Below are positions 9,006 to 19,010 of a DNA stretch of 64,000 bases, piece by piece. Below the pieces are notes generated by a model. The model worked only from the letters and a program-made list of their open reading frames with translations, was not told the origin of the DNA and did not search any database. Made by a program: the position numbers and the translations under genes. The stretch is from an uncultured delta proteobacterium (GTDB lineage Bacteria > Desulfobacterota > RBG-13-43-22). Numbering within the stretch: position 1 is the stretch's first letter; every line of letters starts with the position of its first letter. The stretch covers positions 1-64,000 of the forward strand of contig CAVQFQ010000019.1 in assembly GCA_963711835.1 (NCBI GenBank), written 5' to 3'.

Positions 9006-10038
9006 TTATTTCTGATTGGCCTTAATAAAATCCTGACAGAATTTGAGCGCCTGATCACCGGGCAACCCCTTGGTTTTCATGGCCGCCACATAATCATCCA
9101 GGAGCGGACGCACGGCAGCGGCCCAACGGGCATCTTCCTCTTTGGAGAGCGGCAATAGCGTGCCCCCTTTGCTTTTAATAAAAGCTATCGCGTCCTGGTC
9201 GGTTTGATCCCAGAGGGCGCCGACCTTGTCGGTGTACTCCTCGCTCACCTGCGTGAATACCTTCTGAATATCAGCAGGCAGGGCGTTCCACTTGTTCTTG
9301 TTCATGACCACGAAAAACCCCACCGAGTAGCTGGACCCATAGTTCTCTATAGAGTATTTGGTGAGCTCCCCCCACCTGAAATCCTTGAGGGCCATGAGAG
9401 GAGCCAAGGCCCCTTCGGCCACGCCGGTCCGGAGGACGTCATAGGTCTCAGGCATGGTCGTTCCGACCGGCGCTGCCCCCAGGGCTAAAATAATTTTGGC
9501 AGCCAGCCCGGTACCCCTGATTTTCATGCCCTTCAGGTCTTCCAGCTTGGCAATCGGTTTCTTGGTGGTATGAAGGAGTCCGGGGCCATGGGCATGCAGA
9601 TAGAGGACCTTGACTTCGTCAAATTCTTTGGGTTGAAACTTTTTGTAATAAGCGTTGATCAATTTTGTGGCGGTGACGCCGTTCTTCAAGCCTAAAGGAA
9701 TATCGATGACTTCGGTCAGGGGAAACTTGCCTCGCGTATAGCCAAGAACACTGAACCCCATGTCAGCGATGCCTTGAACGGTCGAATCATAAATCTGGGC
9801 AGCCGGGGCCAGAGTGCCGCCGTGAAAAAAGGTAATCTTTACCCGGCCGTTGGTCCTTTTCTCGATTTCTTTGCCCCATTGCTCGGCCAGAACGCTGTGT
9901 GGGCTGGGCGCCGGGAAAAAATTGGCATAATTAAGGGTAATCACCTTTTCCTGCTGCTGAAACACCGGGAACAGACACCAACAGAAGACCTGCCATAAAA
10001 GCGAAAACTAAAAACGTTACACCCAAATGCTTTTTCAT
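9006..10038 (-). CDS. dctP: TRAP transporter substrate-binding protein (frameshift after the signal peptide)
   Basis: GGAGGAG RBS and ATG at 10038, signal peptide; EIEKRTNGRVKI, LEDLKGMKIR and VMNKNKWNALP DctP motifs. Confidence 0.88.
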
Positions 10039-10083
10039 AACTCCTCCTTTTATATTTAATTTTTTTTATTCACCATTTCTCCA

Positions 10084-11386
10084 TCAAGGCATCAGCTTGC
10101 CGGGCAGCCAAGTGACAATAGGAGGGAAAAGGAAGACCAATACGGCCACGATAGCGATGCTGAGGAGGAAGGGATAGACCCCGGCATAGACGACACGGAG
10201 CGACGTCTTCGTTATCTTACTTACGATAAAAACAACGATGGCCATGGGGGGTATGACCAAACCGACCATAACCGTTAAGCAGACCAGCATGCCAAACCAC
10301 AGGGGGTCATAGCCGAGCCTTGGTGATCGCCGGATAGAAGATCGGCGTGGCCAGGATCATAAAGGCGAAGTCATCAATGAAGGAGCCGCCGATAATATAA
10401 ATAAGACTGATCATCAACACGATAATCCAGGATGGCATCTGGAGAGTCACGACCCAGTCGGCGGCGATCATGGGTATCTTGGTGACGGTGATAAAGTGGC
10501 CGAGGATTACGGAGCCCGTTATGAGCATCATGACCATGCAGGCGGTCCGTAACGATTCCAAGGCGGCCGTTATGTAACCCTTGAAATTGAGATCCCTTCT
10601 ACCAAAAGCGAAAATGAGGACCAGGAATGTTCCCACGCTTCCGGCCTCGGTGGGTGTAAAGAATCCTTTGAGGATACCTCCGATGACCAGAAGGAAGATC
10701 AAGACGACCCATATAACCTCCGGGAGGGACCGGATCCTTTGGCTCCAGGTAGATTTCTCCCCTTTTGGTCCCAGGGCGGGATTGATCTTGCACCAGCCGT
10801 AGATGACGGTGATAAAGAAAAAGGCGGTTAGCAGGCCCGGAAATATCCCGGCCAGGAACAGCCTCCCGATGGACTGGTCGGTAATGATGCCGTAGACGAT
10901 CAGGGTAACGCTCGGCGGAAGGAGGATGCCCAGGGTCCCGACCGAGGCGACGACGCCCGTTGAAAGCCTCTTGTCATACTTGTAACGGTCCATTTCAGGG
11001 ACAGCAACACTCGCGAAAGTGGCCGCGGTAGCCGGACAAGACCCGCAGATGGCCTTGAAGGTCGAGGCGGCGAGCACGGTGGTCATGGCCAGACCGCCCG
11101 GGACATGACCGATAAACTTAAAGGAGGTATCGAAGAGCCTCTTGGCCGCCCCGGAGTGGAAGGCCAATTGCCCCATGAGGATGAAAAGGGGGATAACCGT
11201 GAACCCGTAAGTGTTCATGACATCGAAAAAGTCTTTGGCCAGGAGGTTAAAGGCCGCATGCCAGGAGATAAGATATCCAAAGCCGAGAAAACCTATCACG
11301 ATCATGGCAAAGGCCAGTTCGATGCCCGTTAAAAACATGACCAGAACAATCAATAGGCCTGTTATCCCTACAGCAACCTCACTCAT
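10084..11386 (-). CDS. dctM: TRAP transporter large permease (frameshift near 10310)
   Basis: IPLFILMG, PEMDRYKYD, GTLGILLPPS and FTPTEAG; the C-terminal part continues in ORF 10084..10290 (GLVIPP). Confidence 0.88.
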
Positions 11387-11861
11387 AGGTACCCCCAAAG
11401 ATCTTGACGATATCGCCAACCAGGACAAAGCACTGCAGGAAGCAACAGACGCCCACGCCATAGGAAAAAGGATAAAAGGGTATCTGGATGGTAAGTGAAA
11501 CTTCCCCTGAATGCATAAGCTTAGCAGAATAGATGAACAGGTTCCAGCCGACGACAGCGAACAGCACAATACACAGGACCCTGGTAGAAAGGTCCATCCA
11601 TTTCTTGGCGGACTTCGGCATTTTCTGGGTGACAAAGTCAACGAATATATGCCCCCGCTGCCAGGTGGTCAGCGGCAAGGCGAAGCCGATAACGACAGCC
11701 CCACAAAAACCTACGACTTCAAAGGTACCGATGATCGGGTGCCCGAAAAACCGGAGAACAACATCAGATACCGTGAGAAGCATGATGAATGTCAGGGCAC
11801 AGAGCGCTATCCCATTCATCACTTTGCTCAACTTTTCTGTCAACCAAAGTATTCCCCCCAT
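11379..11861 (-). CDS. dctQ: TRAP transporter small permease
   Basis: 4-TM protein with DVVLR..P and HIFVD motifs; overlaps the dctM start. Confidence 0.88.
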   Translation of the reverse strand: MGGILWLTEKLSKVMNGIALCALTFIMLLTVSDVVLRFFGHPIIGTFEVVGFCGAVVIGFALPLTTWQRGHIFVDFVTQKMPKSAKKWMDLSTRVLCIVLFAVVGWNLFIYSAKLMHSGEVSLTIQIPFYPFSYGVGVCCFLQCFVLVGDIVKIFGGTYE

Positions 11862-12141
11862 AGGATCTCCTATATTACCTGGTATTATTTATTGCGGAAT
11901 CCCATCGTTATTGTTATTGATCCATTTTATATAGCTATAATATAGTTAACTTCTCTTTGTCAACCATTTTTAGCCAAAAAAAATATAGCGAATGAACTTT
12001 TCTTTTTTGACATTTTATGAACAAAAACGATGTATTATCCCTATTAAACCATAGAACGTCAAGTTTAAACGCTTGCAGACCTTGATTGACAATTTAAACC
12101 ATTCGGGGGGATTTCTTCCCACCTATTAGCCGGAACGTAAA

Positions 12142-12414
12142 ATGAAAAGCGCTGAATTCCTTTCACTCCATCCGGTCTTTTCACTCGATGAGGCCAGCAA
12201 AGCCCTGGCACCTCCTGGCGGCCGACCGGGGACCTTGGAGAGACTGAAGTACCATATGGAAAACGGAAGACTGAAACTTGCGGCCTGGGGGATATATGCC
12301 GCCCCGGGCATGAAAACAGAAGACTTCCGCCCCGATCCTTTTTTGGCGGCGGCGGCGATCAGGCCGGAGGGTGTTTTCTCCCATCACAGCGCACTGGAAC
12401 TGCTCGGTGTGTAA
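12142..12414 (+). pseudogene. Truncated AbiEi-like (type IV toxin-antitoxin) antitoxin/regulator
   Basis: HPVFSLDEA..GRLK..GIY..DPFLAAA..FSHHSALELLG matches AbiEi N-terminal motifs. It stops at 90 aa and no cognate nucleotidyltransferase gene follows. Confidence 0.65.
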
Positions 12415-12539
12415 TACGGGACGTTGCCAACTTTTTAAGAAGGCAGAAAACCCGGCCTATCGTCCTGGATCTCCCTTTCTACTACCTGCTGGGGCAGGCA
12501 TATCGAGGCCGGGATGACCGGGCAATCAATGGTTCCCCT

Positions 12540-12583
12540 CTCACCCCATCCCTCTCCCGCGACGGGGAGAGGGATGGGGTGAG
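12540..12583. repeat. REP-like perfect palindrome
   Basis: CTCACCCCATCCCTCTCCC-GCGACG-GGGAGAGGGATGGGGTGAG, 19-bp stem. Confidence 0.8.
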
Positions 12584-12864
12584 TCGTTGTTCCGCCGCGG
12601 CGGATCTTAGCCCTTCCCTGCCATCAGCCCGGAAACGCTCATGACCTCTATCGACAAGGGAGCGATCGCCCCAAGCTTTTCTAAAAAGCGATCATGACTG
12701 ATGGCCCGGATCCTCGGGATGACTGCTTCAGCATTACTGCGGGCAGCTCCCTCCGAAGATTTTAGTAACTATTTGAAATTATTTTTTAGAAATGTTTGTG
12801 CTATAATGCACTCCATTCCGTTTATTGTTTGGACTTGAATGAAAGAAAGGAGGTGATTGTTGAC

Positions 12865-13171
12865 ATGAAAAAGGTACTGGCGTGGAACCTTTGTTTATTG
12901 CTGGCGTTTTCCTTCTCCTTAACCTTAGGGTGCCAGAAGGCCTCCGAAAAGGCCAGTGAGGTGAAGGAAAAGGCGGTGAAAGAAGCCGGCGAAATAAAGG
13001 ACAAGGCCTTGAAAGAGGCCACTGAAGTAAAAGACAAGGCAGCTGAAACGGCCACTGCAGTCAAGGACAAAGCAACTGAAACCGCCACCAGTGAAAGACA
13101 AGGCAGTTGAAACAGCCACCAAGGTAAAAGACAAGGCAGTGGGAAAGACCGGCGAACCTACGAAGAATTAG
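12865..13171 (+). CDS. Small lipoprotein with 11-aa tandem repeats (1-nt frameshift near 13090)
   Basis: AGGAGG RBS, MKK.. signal with lipobox LTLGC, then (V/I)KDKAxxxAxx repeats with a 33-nt period. Confidence 0.75.
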
Positions 13172-13196
13172 GTAGAAACTTTTTAAGCTACAGGAA

Positions 13197-13235
13197 TAAT
13201 ACAAGAAGGATCCGAAAGGGATCCTTCTTGTATTA
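13197..13235. terminator. Hairpin after the lipoprotein gene
   Basis: TAATACAAGAAGGATCC-GAAAG-GGATCCTTCTTGTATTA, 17-bp perfect stem. Confidence 0.65.
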
Positions 13236-13501
13236 AAAGAGACGGTAACCGTTATAAGGAAATACGAGCAAATTAAGGGGACACATTACTAATTTCGATC
13301 AAATCCGGAACACCGCCCCAACCAGCGGTTGGGGCGGTGGATACCGGGAGCGGCTCGGCCGACCCACTGAACCGCGCCGCCCGCCCCACACGCAATGACA
13401 GTCAACCGGACAGCGGGATGGTGGATATGGGCCTTCACTACCCCCCCTTTTCCCCGGTCTTTTTACCCATCTGCATCTTACCGTGACAGGTCAAAGGCAT
13501 C

Positions 13502-14167
13502 ATGATGCCCAACCGAAGAGTTTTTCTTAAACAATTGTTTTTTGGCGCGGCGGGGGGCTTCTGTCTTTTCATCCGGGAATCCTTCGCTTGGGATAAGGCC
13601 TGGGGGGCCGCCAAGCATCTCCTGCCCAAAGGCACACGACTGGAAACCCTGGTCAACGAAAATCCGGCCCTTTTGGATGCCCGGAACCTGGACATTCAAC
13701 CCCTGGAGCATTTCGGAACCATGGGACTGTCCGATCATAAACTTGATCCGGAGAAATGGCGGTTGATCTGCACCGGAGGAATCCGCCGGGAACTCCGACT
13801 GACCTACGACGAAATCCGGACCCTGCCGGCGATAGAAAAACCGGTCCTGTTGATCTGCCCGGGATTTTTTGCCAACCACGGCATCTGGAAAGGGATTTCC
13901 CTGTCCGAATTGGGGAAAAGGGCCGGGATAAAAAAGGGAATCAATTTTGTCACTATCTCCGGCCCGGCGGGCCCTTACAATAAAACCGGCCGGTTCTCCC
14001 TGAAGGATATCGAATCCGGAAAAGTATTTCTGGCCTACCAGGTCAACGGAGAGACCCTCCCGGTCAAACACGGCTTTCCCCTGCGCCTGGTGGCCGAAGG
14101 TTACTACGGATACGAGTGGATTAAGTACGTTGATACCATCCGGTTTGAAAAGATCGGCGCCGCTTGA
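13502..14167 (+). CDS. Tat-exported molybdopterin-dependent oxidoreductase (sulfite oxidase/MsrP-like fold)
   Basis: NRRVFLK twin-arginine signal; LLICPG, WKGI and NGETLPVKHGFPLRLV..GYYGYEWIKYV motifs. Confidence 0.85.
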   Translation: MMPNRRVFLKQLFFGAAGGFCLFIRESFAWDKAWGAAKHLLPKGTRLETLVNENPALLDARNLDIQPLEHFGTMGLSDHKLDPEKWRLICTGGIRRELRLTYDEIRTLPAIEKPVLLICPGFFANHGIWKGISLSELGKRAGIKKGINFVTISGPAGPYNKTGRFSLKDIESGKVFLAYQVNGETLPVKHGFPLRLVAEGYYGYEWIKYVDTIRFEKIGAA

Positions 14168-14331
14168 GAAGCTTTCGTTTCCGGGCTTGACCGGGGATGG
14201 AATTTTTTATACGAAATCAAGGCCGTAGAGGGTCATTTTTCCCCTTGGCTCAAACGATTCCCGCATTTCAGCGGGAAAAGTGGGCGCGGGCTCCCGAAAA
14301 GCTTTAAGTCCGCTCCGGAGAATGGAAGATT

Positions 14332-15055
14332 ATGACGGATGCCATCGCCTTACTATCGTTACTAATCGGGTTAGAATTGGTGCTCGGGGTTGACAATATC
14401 CTGGTCATTTCGATTTTTGTAGGACGACTGCCGGAATCACAAAGAAACAAGGCGCGGGTTTTGGGCTTAACGATAGCTCTTTTGGCCAGAATTATCATGC
14501 TGTTCATCCTGCTTAAACTGGCTACTTTGACCAACAATATCCTGTTTACCTTTTCCGTCCGAGACCTGATTCTTCTTGCCGGGGGGACTATTTCTGCTCT
14601 GGAAAGCCGTAAAAGAAATTCATCACACCACCGAATTAATAGAGGACCACCATGCTTCGATCGGTAAAAATTACAATAAGTTCGTCGGTATTATTTCCCA
14701 ACTTGTTCTGTTGGATATTGTCTTTTCAATTGATTCGGTCATTACCGCTATCGGATTGACGGATAAAATCTGGATAATCATAACCGCTGTGGTGGCTTCC
14801 TTTTTGGCTATCCTTGCTTTTGCAAGACCAATCGGAGATTTCATTCTGCAACGCCCATCCCTTAAAATATTGGCTCTTTCTTTCCTTATCACCATCGGAG
14901 TCACTATATTTATGGAAGGCCTGCATAAACATGTTCCAAAGGCCTATATCTATTTACCTATGGGGTTTGCACTTTTTGTTGAAATATTGCAGCTCCGCTA
15001 TGAACGCAATAAACAAAAGAAGGCCGCCCTTGCCGGAGCGAAAGGAATGAAGTAA
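14332..15055 (+). CDS. TerC family membrane protein (frameshift at the G run near 14581-14587)
   Basis: LELVLGVDN in ORF 14332..14667 and DIVFSIDSVITA..IYLPMGF in ORF 14576..15055. Confidence 0.88.
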
Positions 15056-15112
15056 TGCCAACAGAGGCCATAAAATTGCGTTGGAGCAGCGGTTTCGAAT
15101 AGAGGGACCATA

Positions 15113-16414
15113 TTGATTCCGGCACAACCTGCGGTTGGGAATCGGGATTTGACCCTCTGTCAGTTGATCACCCAGGTGCGGAATTTCGACTGGACGGTCG
15201 GGGCGGTTGCGGAGGATTTTCTGGGGCCTACCTGTCCTTCCATGCTGGGAATGGCTGATACCCCCAGCCTCTATAAGGACGGCACGTTCCGCAGCATCGT
15301 CTGGGTAAAGACCAAAGCGGACGGAAAGAAGTTTGAGGAGTCCATCCCCCGGCTTCCGCTGGGCAAATATGAGGCCCTGGCCATGGCGCCCCTGGTCTAC
15401 AACCCGTTTGAGCCGGAATCGACGGAAACTACCAATCCGGCCCGTGGGGCTTTTGATCAACGCCCTTCAATGGAAGACTACGAGGTCATGCAGTTTTTTT
15501 GCGTGGGAGAATCTTCCTGTTCGGACGCCATTGCCCGTTGCTACTTGTCCGGAAAACCTTCGATGACCATTCCCTGTTATGGGGAACGACGTTATGGACA
15601 TGCCCGGGACGAGGACCTGGTCATGGCCCTGCCCGCCGGGATGATGGAAAAAGCCTTAAGGGGCCTGGAGACCCTGTACCGGCGGGGCATCCGCTATCCG
15701 ATCAGTTATGCCGGTGCGGAGGGGGATCTGGCCCAAGGCTTTCCCATGTCCTATGGAGGGTTAGAGGAGATCGAGGCCATGCGGGGCAACGACAACCGGC
15801 TGCTCCTGGGGGTAACCGGAGGCATTGCCAGCGGGAAGACCACCGTAGCCAATATGTTGAAAGATCTAGGAGCGCCGATTGTTGACTTTGATCTGATTGC
15901 CAGGCAGGTAGTTGCGCCGGGACAACCGGCTCTGAAGGATATTGTGGATTATTTTGGAAAGCAGGTCCTCAATGAAGACGGCACCATGGACCGTAAAAAG
16001 GTTTCGGACATCGTTTTCCGGGATTTCGAGAAGAGAAAAAAGCTGGAGAGCTTTATCCATCCCCGTATGGGTGAAATCGTAAACAGGCAGATTAACGACT
16101 ATGCCGCCAGGGACCCCAAGGCGATTATTCAGGTGGTCGTTCCGCTGATGATTGAATTGAATCTGCAGTGGAGGTATCATAAACTGTTGCTGGTTTACCT
16201 TCCCCCGGAGAAACAGATAGAGCGTTTGGCCGAACGGGACGGCATCAGCAAGGAAGAAGCGGCCAATATCCTCAAGTCCCAATTGGCCATCGAGGAAAAG
16301 CTGGGATATGCGGATTTCGTGATCCATAATGATCACTCTCTGGATGAGACCAGAAAGCAGGTGGGGGAACTTTGGGAGACTTTGAGGAAGATCCAGGAAG
16401 AAAAGGTCACTTAA
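15113..16414 (+). CDS. coaE: DUF169 - dephospho-CoA kinase fusion, apparently 5'-truncated
   Basis: N-part LCQLITQVRNFDWTVG..SSCSDAI..IPCYGERRYG..GIRYPI (DUF169); C-part LGVTGGIASGKTTV..DFDLIAR..LESFIHP (CoaE). Confidence 0.8.
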   Translation: MIPAQPAVGNRDLTLCQLITQVRNFDWTVGAVAEDFLGPTCPSMLGMADTPSLYKDGTFRSIVWVKTKADGKKFEESIPRLPLGKYEALAMAPLVYNPFEPESTETTNPARGAFDQRPSMEDYEVMQFFCVGESSCSDAIARCYLSGKPSMTIPCYGERRYGHARDEDLVMALPAGMMEKALRGLETLYRRGIRYPISYAGAEGDLAQGFPMSYGGLEEIEAMRGNDNRLLLGVTGGIASGKTTVANMLKDLGAPIVDFDLIARQVVAPGQPALKDIVDYFGKQVLNEDGTMDRKKVSDIVFRDFEKRKKLESFIHPRMGEIVNRQINDYAARDPKAIIQVVVPLMIELNLQWRYHKLLLVYLPPEKQIERLAERDGISKEEAANILKSQLAIEEKLGYADFVIHNDHSLDETRKQVGELWETLRKIQEEKVT

Positions 16415-16606
16415 TCAGACCACAGACCGGCCGGGGCGAACATCGATTTCTTCTTGTAGCCGTTTAAGTCCCGGTGCATCAGGTCCCATCACGATGAGCG
16501 GGGATGCCCCAGCCTTAAGGGAATTTTAGTGCTTCGTTAGGGGACGACCAAGAAGAAGCCGAGGGTCGTCCATAACTATTCAAATTTCCCGCGCCCTTCC
16601 CTTCTG

Positions 16607-17971
16607 TTAATCATATTTTTTTTCAAAAATGGGGGTCTTTCGGGTCTCCTTAGGCAGACTGCCCGGCTCAACGAATTCGATCAGGGGCCGTATCTTGATC
16701 TTGTTGTGAAGCTCCGTGGTTATTTTTTCCGCCAGGGCGGGCAGATCAGCCTGGCCGACGGACTTGCCGTGCTCGATCTTCAGCTTCAGCGGCGGTACGA
16801 CCCTGGGCGGTGGATTGTCCAGGACGACCCGCATCTCTCCAGTTACCTCGGGGCTGAATTCGGTGATAATATCTTTGATGGCCGCAGGATAGACATTGAC
16901 TCCCTTGATGATGAGCATATCATCGGCCCGACCGATCACCTTGATCCGTCTCCCCGGAAAGCCGCATCCCGGACACTCTTTCAAAAAGACCTGGACAATA
17001 TCCCCGTAGGCATACTTGACCACAGGGCAGGCTTCCCGCTGGAGGTTGGTCTGAACCATTTCCCCGACGGCTCCGTCCACATCCGCATCCACCGGCTTCT
17101 TGGTCACCGGGTCCACCAGATCATCGAAGCTGGTACAGACATCCGGGGCAATGGCATGCAGGCCGTAATAGGGTTCCGCATCACAGGAGATGGCCGGCGC
17201 ATTCCCGCAGGGGGCCCAGTAATCATAGAATCTGCATCCATAGGCGGATTCCAGCTTTCTCTTTATTTCGGGAATGGCGATGCCCACTTCACCCGTGGTG
17301 AGCACTCCTTTATATCGGAAATCTTCAACCTGGCGGCCCAATAGCTCGGGGGTCTTCTTGATGAGATACTCGGCCAGGGAGGGTGTGCAGGCCATGTAGG
17401 TCGGGCGGGTCAGGCCGATGAACTTGGTGAAGAGATCGGTCCCGGCCCTGGCGTCAATATCGATGGGGAGGGCGCCCAAGGTCCTGAGTCCCCAGAGGGT
17501 CATCGTCGTCGCATAGATCCCCAGGGCAAAGAAAAACGCCACCCGGTCTCCTTTTCCCACGCCCGCCAGGGCAAGCCGGTGCCCGATCCGGGGGGCCAGG
17601 AATTTCATGTCGTTTTCCGTAAAGGTGTAACTGAAGGTGGGCATTCCCGTGGTACCTGAGGTAGTTCCAGTCAGATAGAGATTCTCCAACGGGGCGCACA
17701 GGTGTAATCCGAAGGGATGACCATATTTCTCCAGGGACTCTTCGGCACTCCTTCTTTCGTCATCCTTGACCATGAAGACGGGGAGCTTTCGCAGATCCTC
17801 TATGGTTCGAATATCCTCGGGCTTGGCTCCACAGTCGTCGAATTTCTTTTTATAGAAATCGGAATTTTCGTAGCAGTAGGTCAGCTGTTTAGACAGTCTT
17901 GCTTCCTGGTGCTTTCGAATTTCCTCCTGAGACATGTGTTCCAGTTCACCCCTGTAGAAAAATTTCTTCAT
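16607..17971 (-). CDS. Phenylacetate-CoA ligase family (PaaK-like) acyl-CoA synthetase
   Basis: TTSGTTGMP, Y..GDIV, GRADDMLIIKGVNVYP and PGSLP..TRK motifs. Confidence 0.88.
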   Translation of the reverse strand: MKKFFYRGELEHMSQEEIRKHQEARLSKQLTYCYENSDFYKKKFDDCGAKPEDIRTIEDLRKLPVFMVKDDERRSAEESLEKYGHPFGLHLCAPLENLYLTGTTSGTTGMPTFSYTFTENDMKFLAPRIGHRLALAGVGKGDRVAFFFALGIYATTMTLWGLRTLGALPIDIDARAGTDLFTKFIGLTRPTYMACTPSLAEYLIKKTPELLGRQVEDFRYKGVLTTGEVGIAIPEIKRKLESAYGCRFYDYWAPCGNAPAISCDAEPYYGLHAIAPDVCTSFDDLVDPVTKKPVDADVDGAVGEMVQTNLQREACPVVKYAYGDIVQVFLKECPGCGFPGRRIKVIGRADDMLIIKGVNVYPAAIKDIITEFSPEVTGEMRVVLDNPPPRVVPPLKLKIEHGKSVGQADLPALAEKITTELHNKIKIRPLIEFVEPGSLPKETRKTPIFEKKYD

Positions 17972-18233
17972 AATTTCCTTCTCCTTCCAAATTCGGCACT
18001 ATTTTAAAAGTTTATAGGCCCGGCCATTGAGGGGGATAGATGGGGATGGCCTTGCTGGCGGTACTATAGAGAATTTTATTTTGATTGGCAACCTCCTTGC
18101 GCGCCCCAGGGAATCATGTGAATCCGAGCGGTTTCGCCTAAGGCGCGTATCCGCTATTTTTGCAGTTGAGGCCGGTCTCCGGCATGATTTTGGGTGAAGG
18201 GGTCGCAGAAAAAATCGGCCAGGCACTTTTCCA

Positions 18234-18261
18234 TTGACTTTTTCAAATGAGCATTTAAAAT
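18234..18261 (+). promoter_or_regulatory. Sigma70-like promoter overlapped by a palindromic operator (likely TetR autoregulation)
   Basis: TTGACT-N16-TAAAAT containing the imperfect palindrome TTTCAAATG-AG-CATTTAAAA, directly upstream of the TetR gene. Confidence 0.5.
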
Positions 18262-18305
18262 AATAATTTGATGGAAATAGAGGAGATCATGGTTTAGAGG
18301 CTAAG

Positions 18306-19007
18306 ATGAAGACCCCAAAAAAAGGTACTGCAAAGACCTACCATAGTCTTCTGGCTGCAGCAACCGAGGTTTTTGCGGACAAAGGCTACCGGGATGCAAC
18401 CATTGCGGAAATATGCGAACGAGCCCGGGCAAACGTGGCGGCGGTAAATTACCACTTTGATGATAAAGAAACGCTTTACCGGGAAGCGTGGCGGCATTCT
18501 TTTTTCGAATCCGTGAAAGCCCATCCCCCGGATGGCGATGTAGGTAAGGACGCACCACCCGAAGAACGTCTGCGGGGACGGGTGCTGGCCCTTTTGCATC
18601 GGATTGCCGACGAGAACAACAAAGAATTTTTGTTTATACAGAAGGAAATTGCCAACCCGACAGGGCTGTTGGAGGAGGTCTGGCGAGAAGTACTGCGGCC
18701 CCTGCGCAAGGAGATGGAGTCCCTGGTTCGGGAGCTGCTTGGCTCGCAAGTCTCGGACAGGCAGGTACATTTCTGCGAGATAAGCAGCATAAGCCAATGT
18801 CTTAATCCGATGCTTATGAAAAGAGGGCCGGCAGGAAGGAACAAAGACAAAGACGGTTTTCACGAAATCGACGATATGGAAGCCTATGCGAAACACGTTG
18901 TGAAATTCTCGCTGGCCGGGATCCGCGCTATTCGCGAGGAAGCTGAGGACAAGGGAAAGGTGTTCAAAAAGCGACGAGGAAGCGAAGAGGCCGTTAAACG
19001 GGATTAG
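18306..19007 (+). CDS. TetR/CecR-family transcriptional regulator
   Basis: LLAAATEVFADKGY..ATIAEIC..ANVAAVNYHF..KETLY HTH; C-terminal FSLAGI. Confidence 0.9.
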   Translation: MKTPKKGTAKTYHSLLAAATEVFADKGYRDATIAEICERARANVAAVNYHFDDKETLYREAWRHSFFESVKAHPPDGDVGKDAPPEERLRGRVLALLHRIADENNKEFLFIQKEIANPTGLLEEVWREVLRPLRKEMESLVRELLGSQVSDRQVHFCEISSISQCLNPMLMKRGPAGRNKDKDGFHEIDDMEAYAKHVVKFSLAGIRAIREEAEDKGKVFKKRRGSEEAVKRD

Positions 19008-19010
19008 CTT

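Noticed and set aside
13311-13339. GC-rich hairpin CACCGCCCCAACC-AGC-GGTTGGGGCGGTG as an RNA gene
   Set aside because: Isolated stem with no recognisable RNA family context.
14581-14587. Phase-variable G tract in terC
   Set aside because: The run is short, and neighbouring genes show non-homopolymer indels too; error or decay is more parsimonious.
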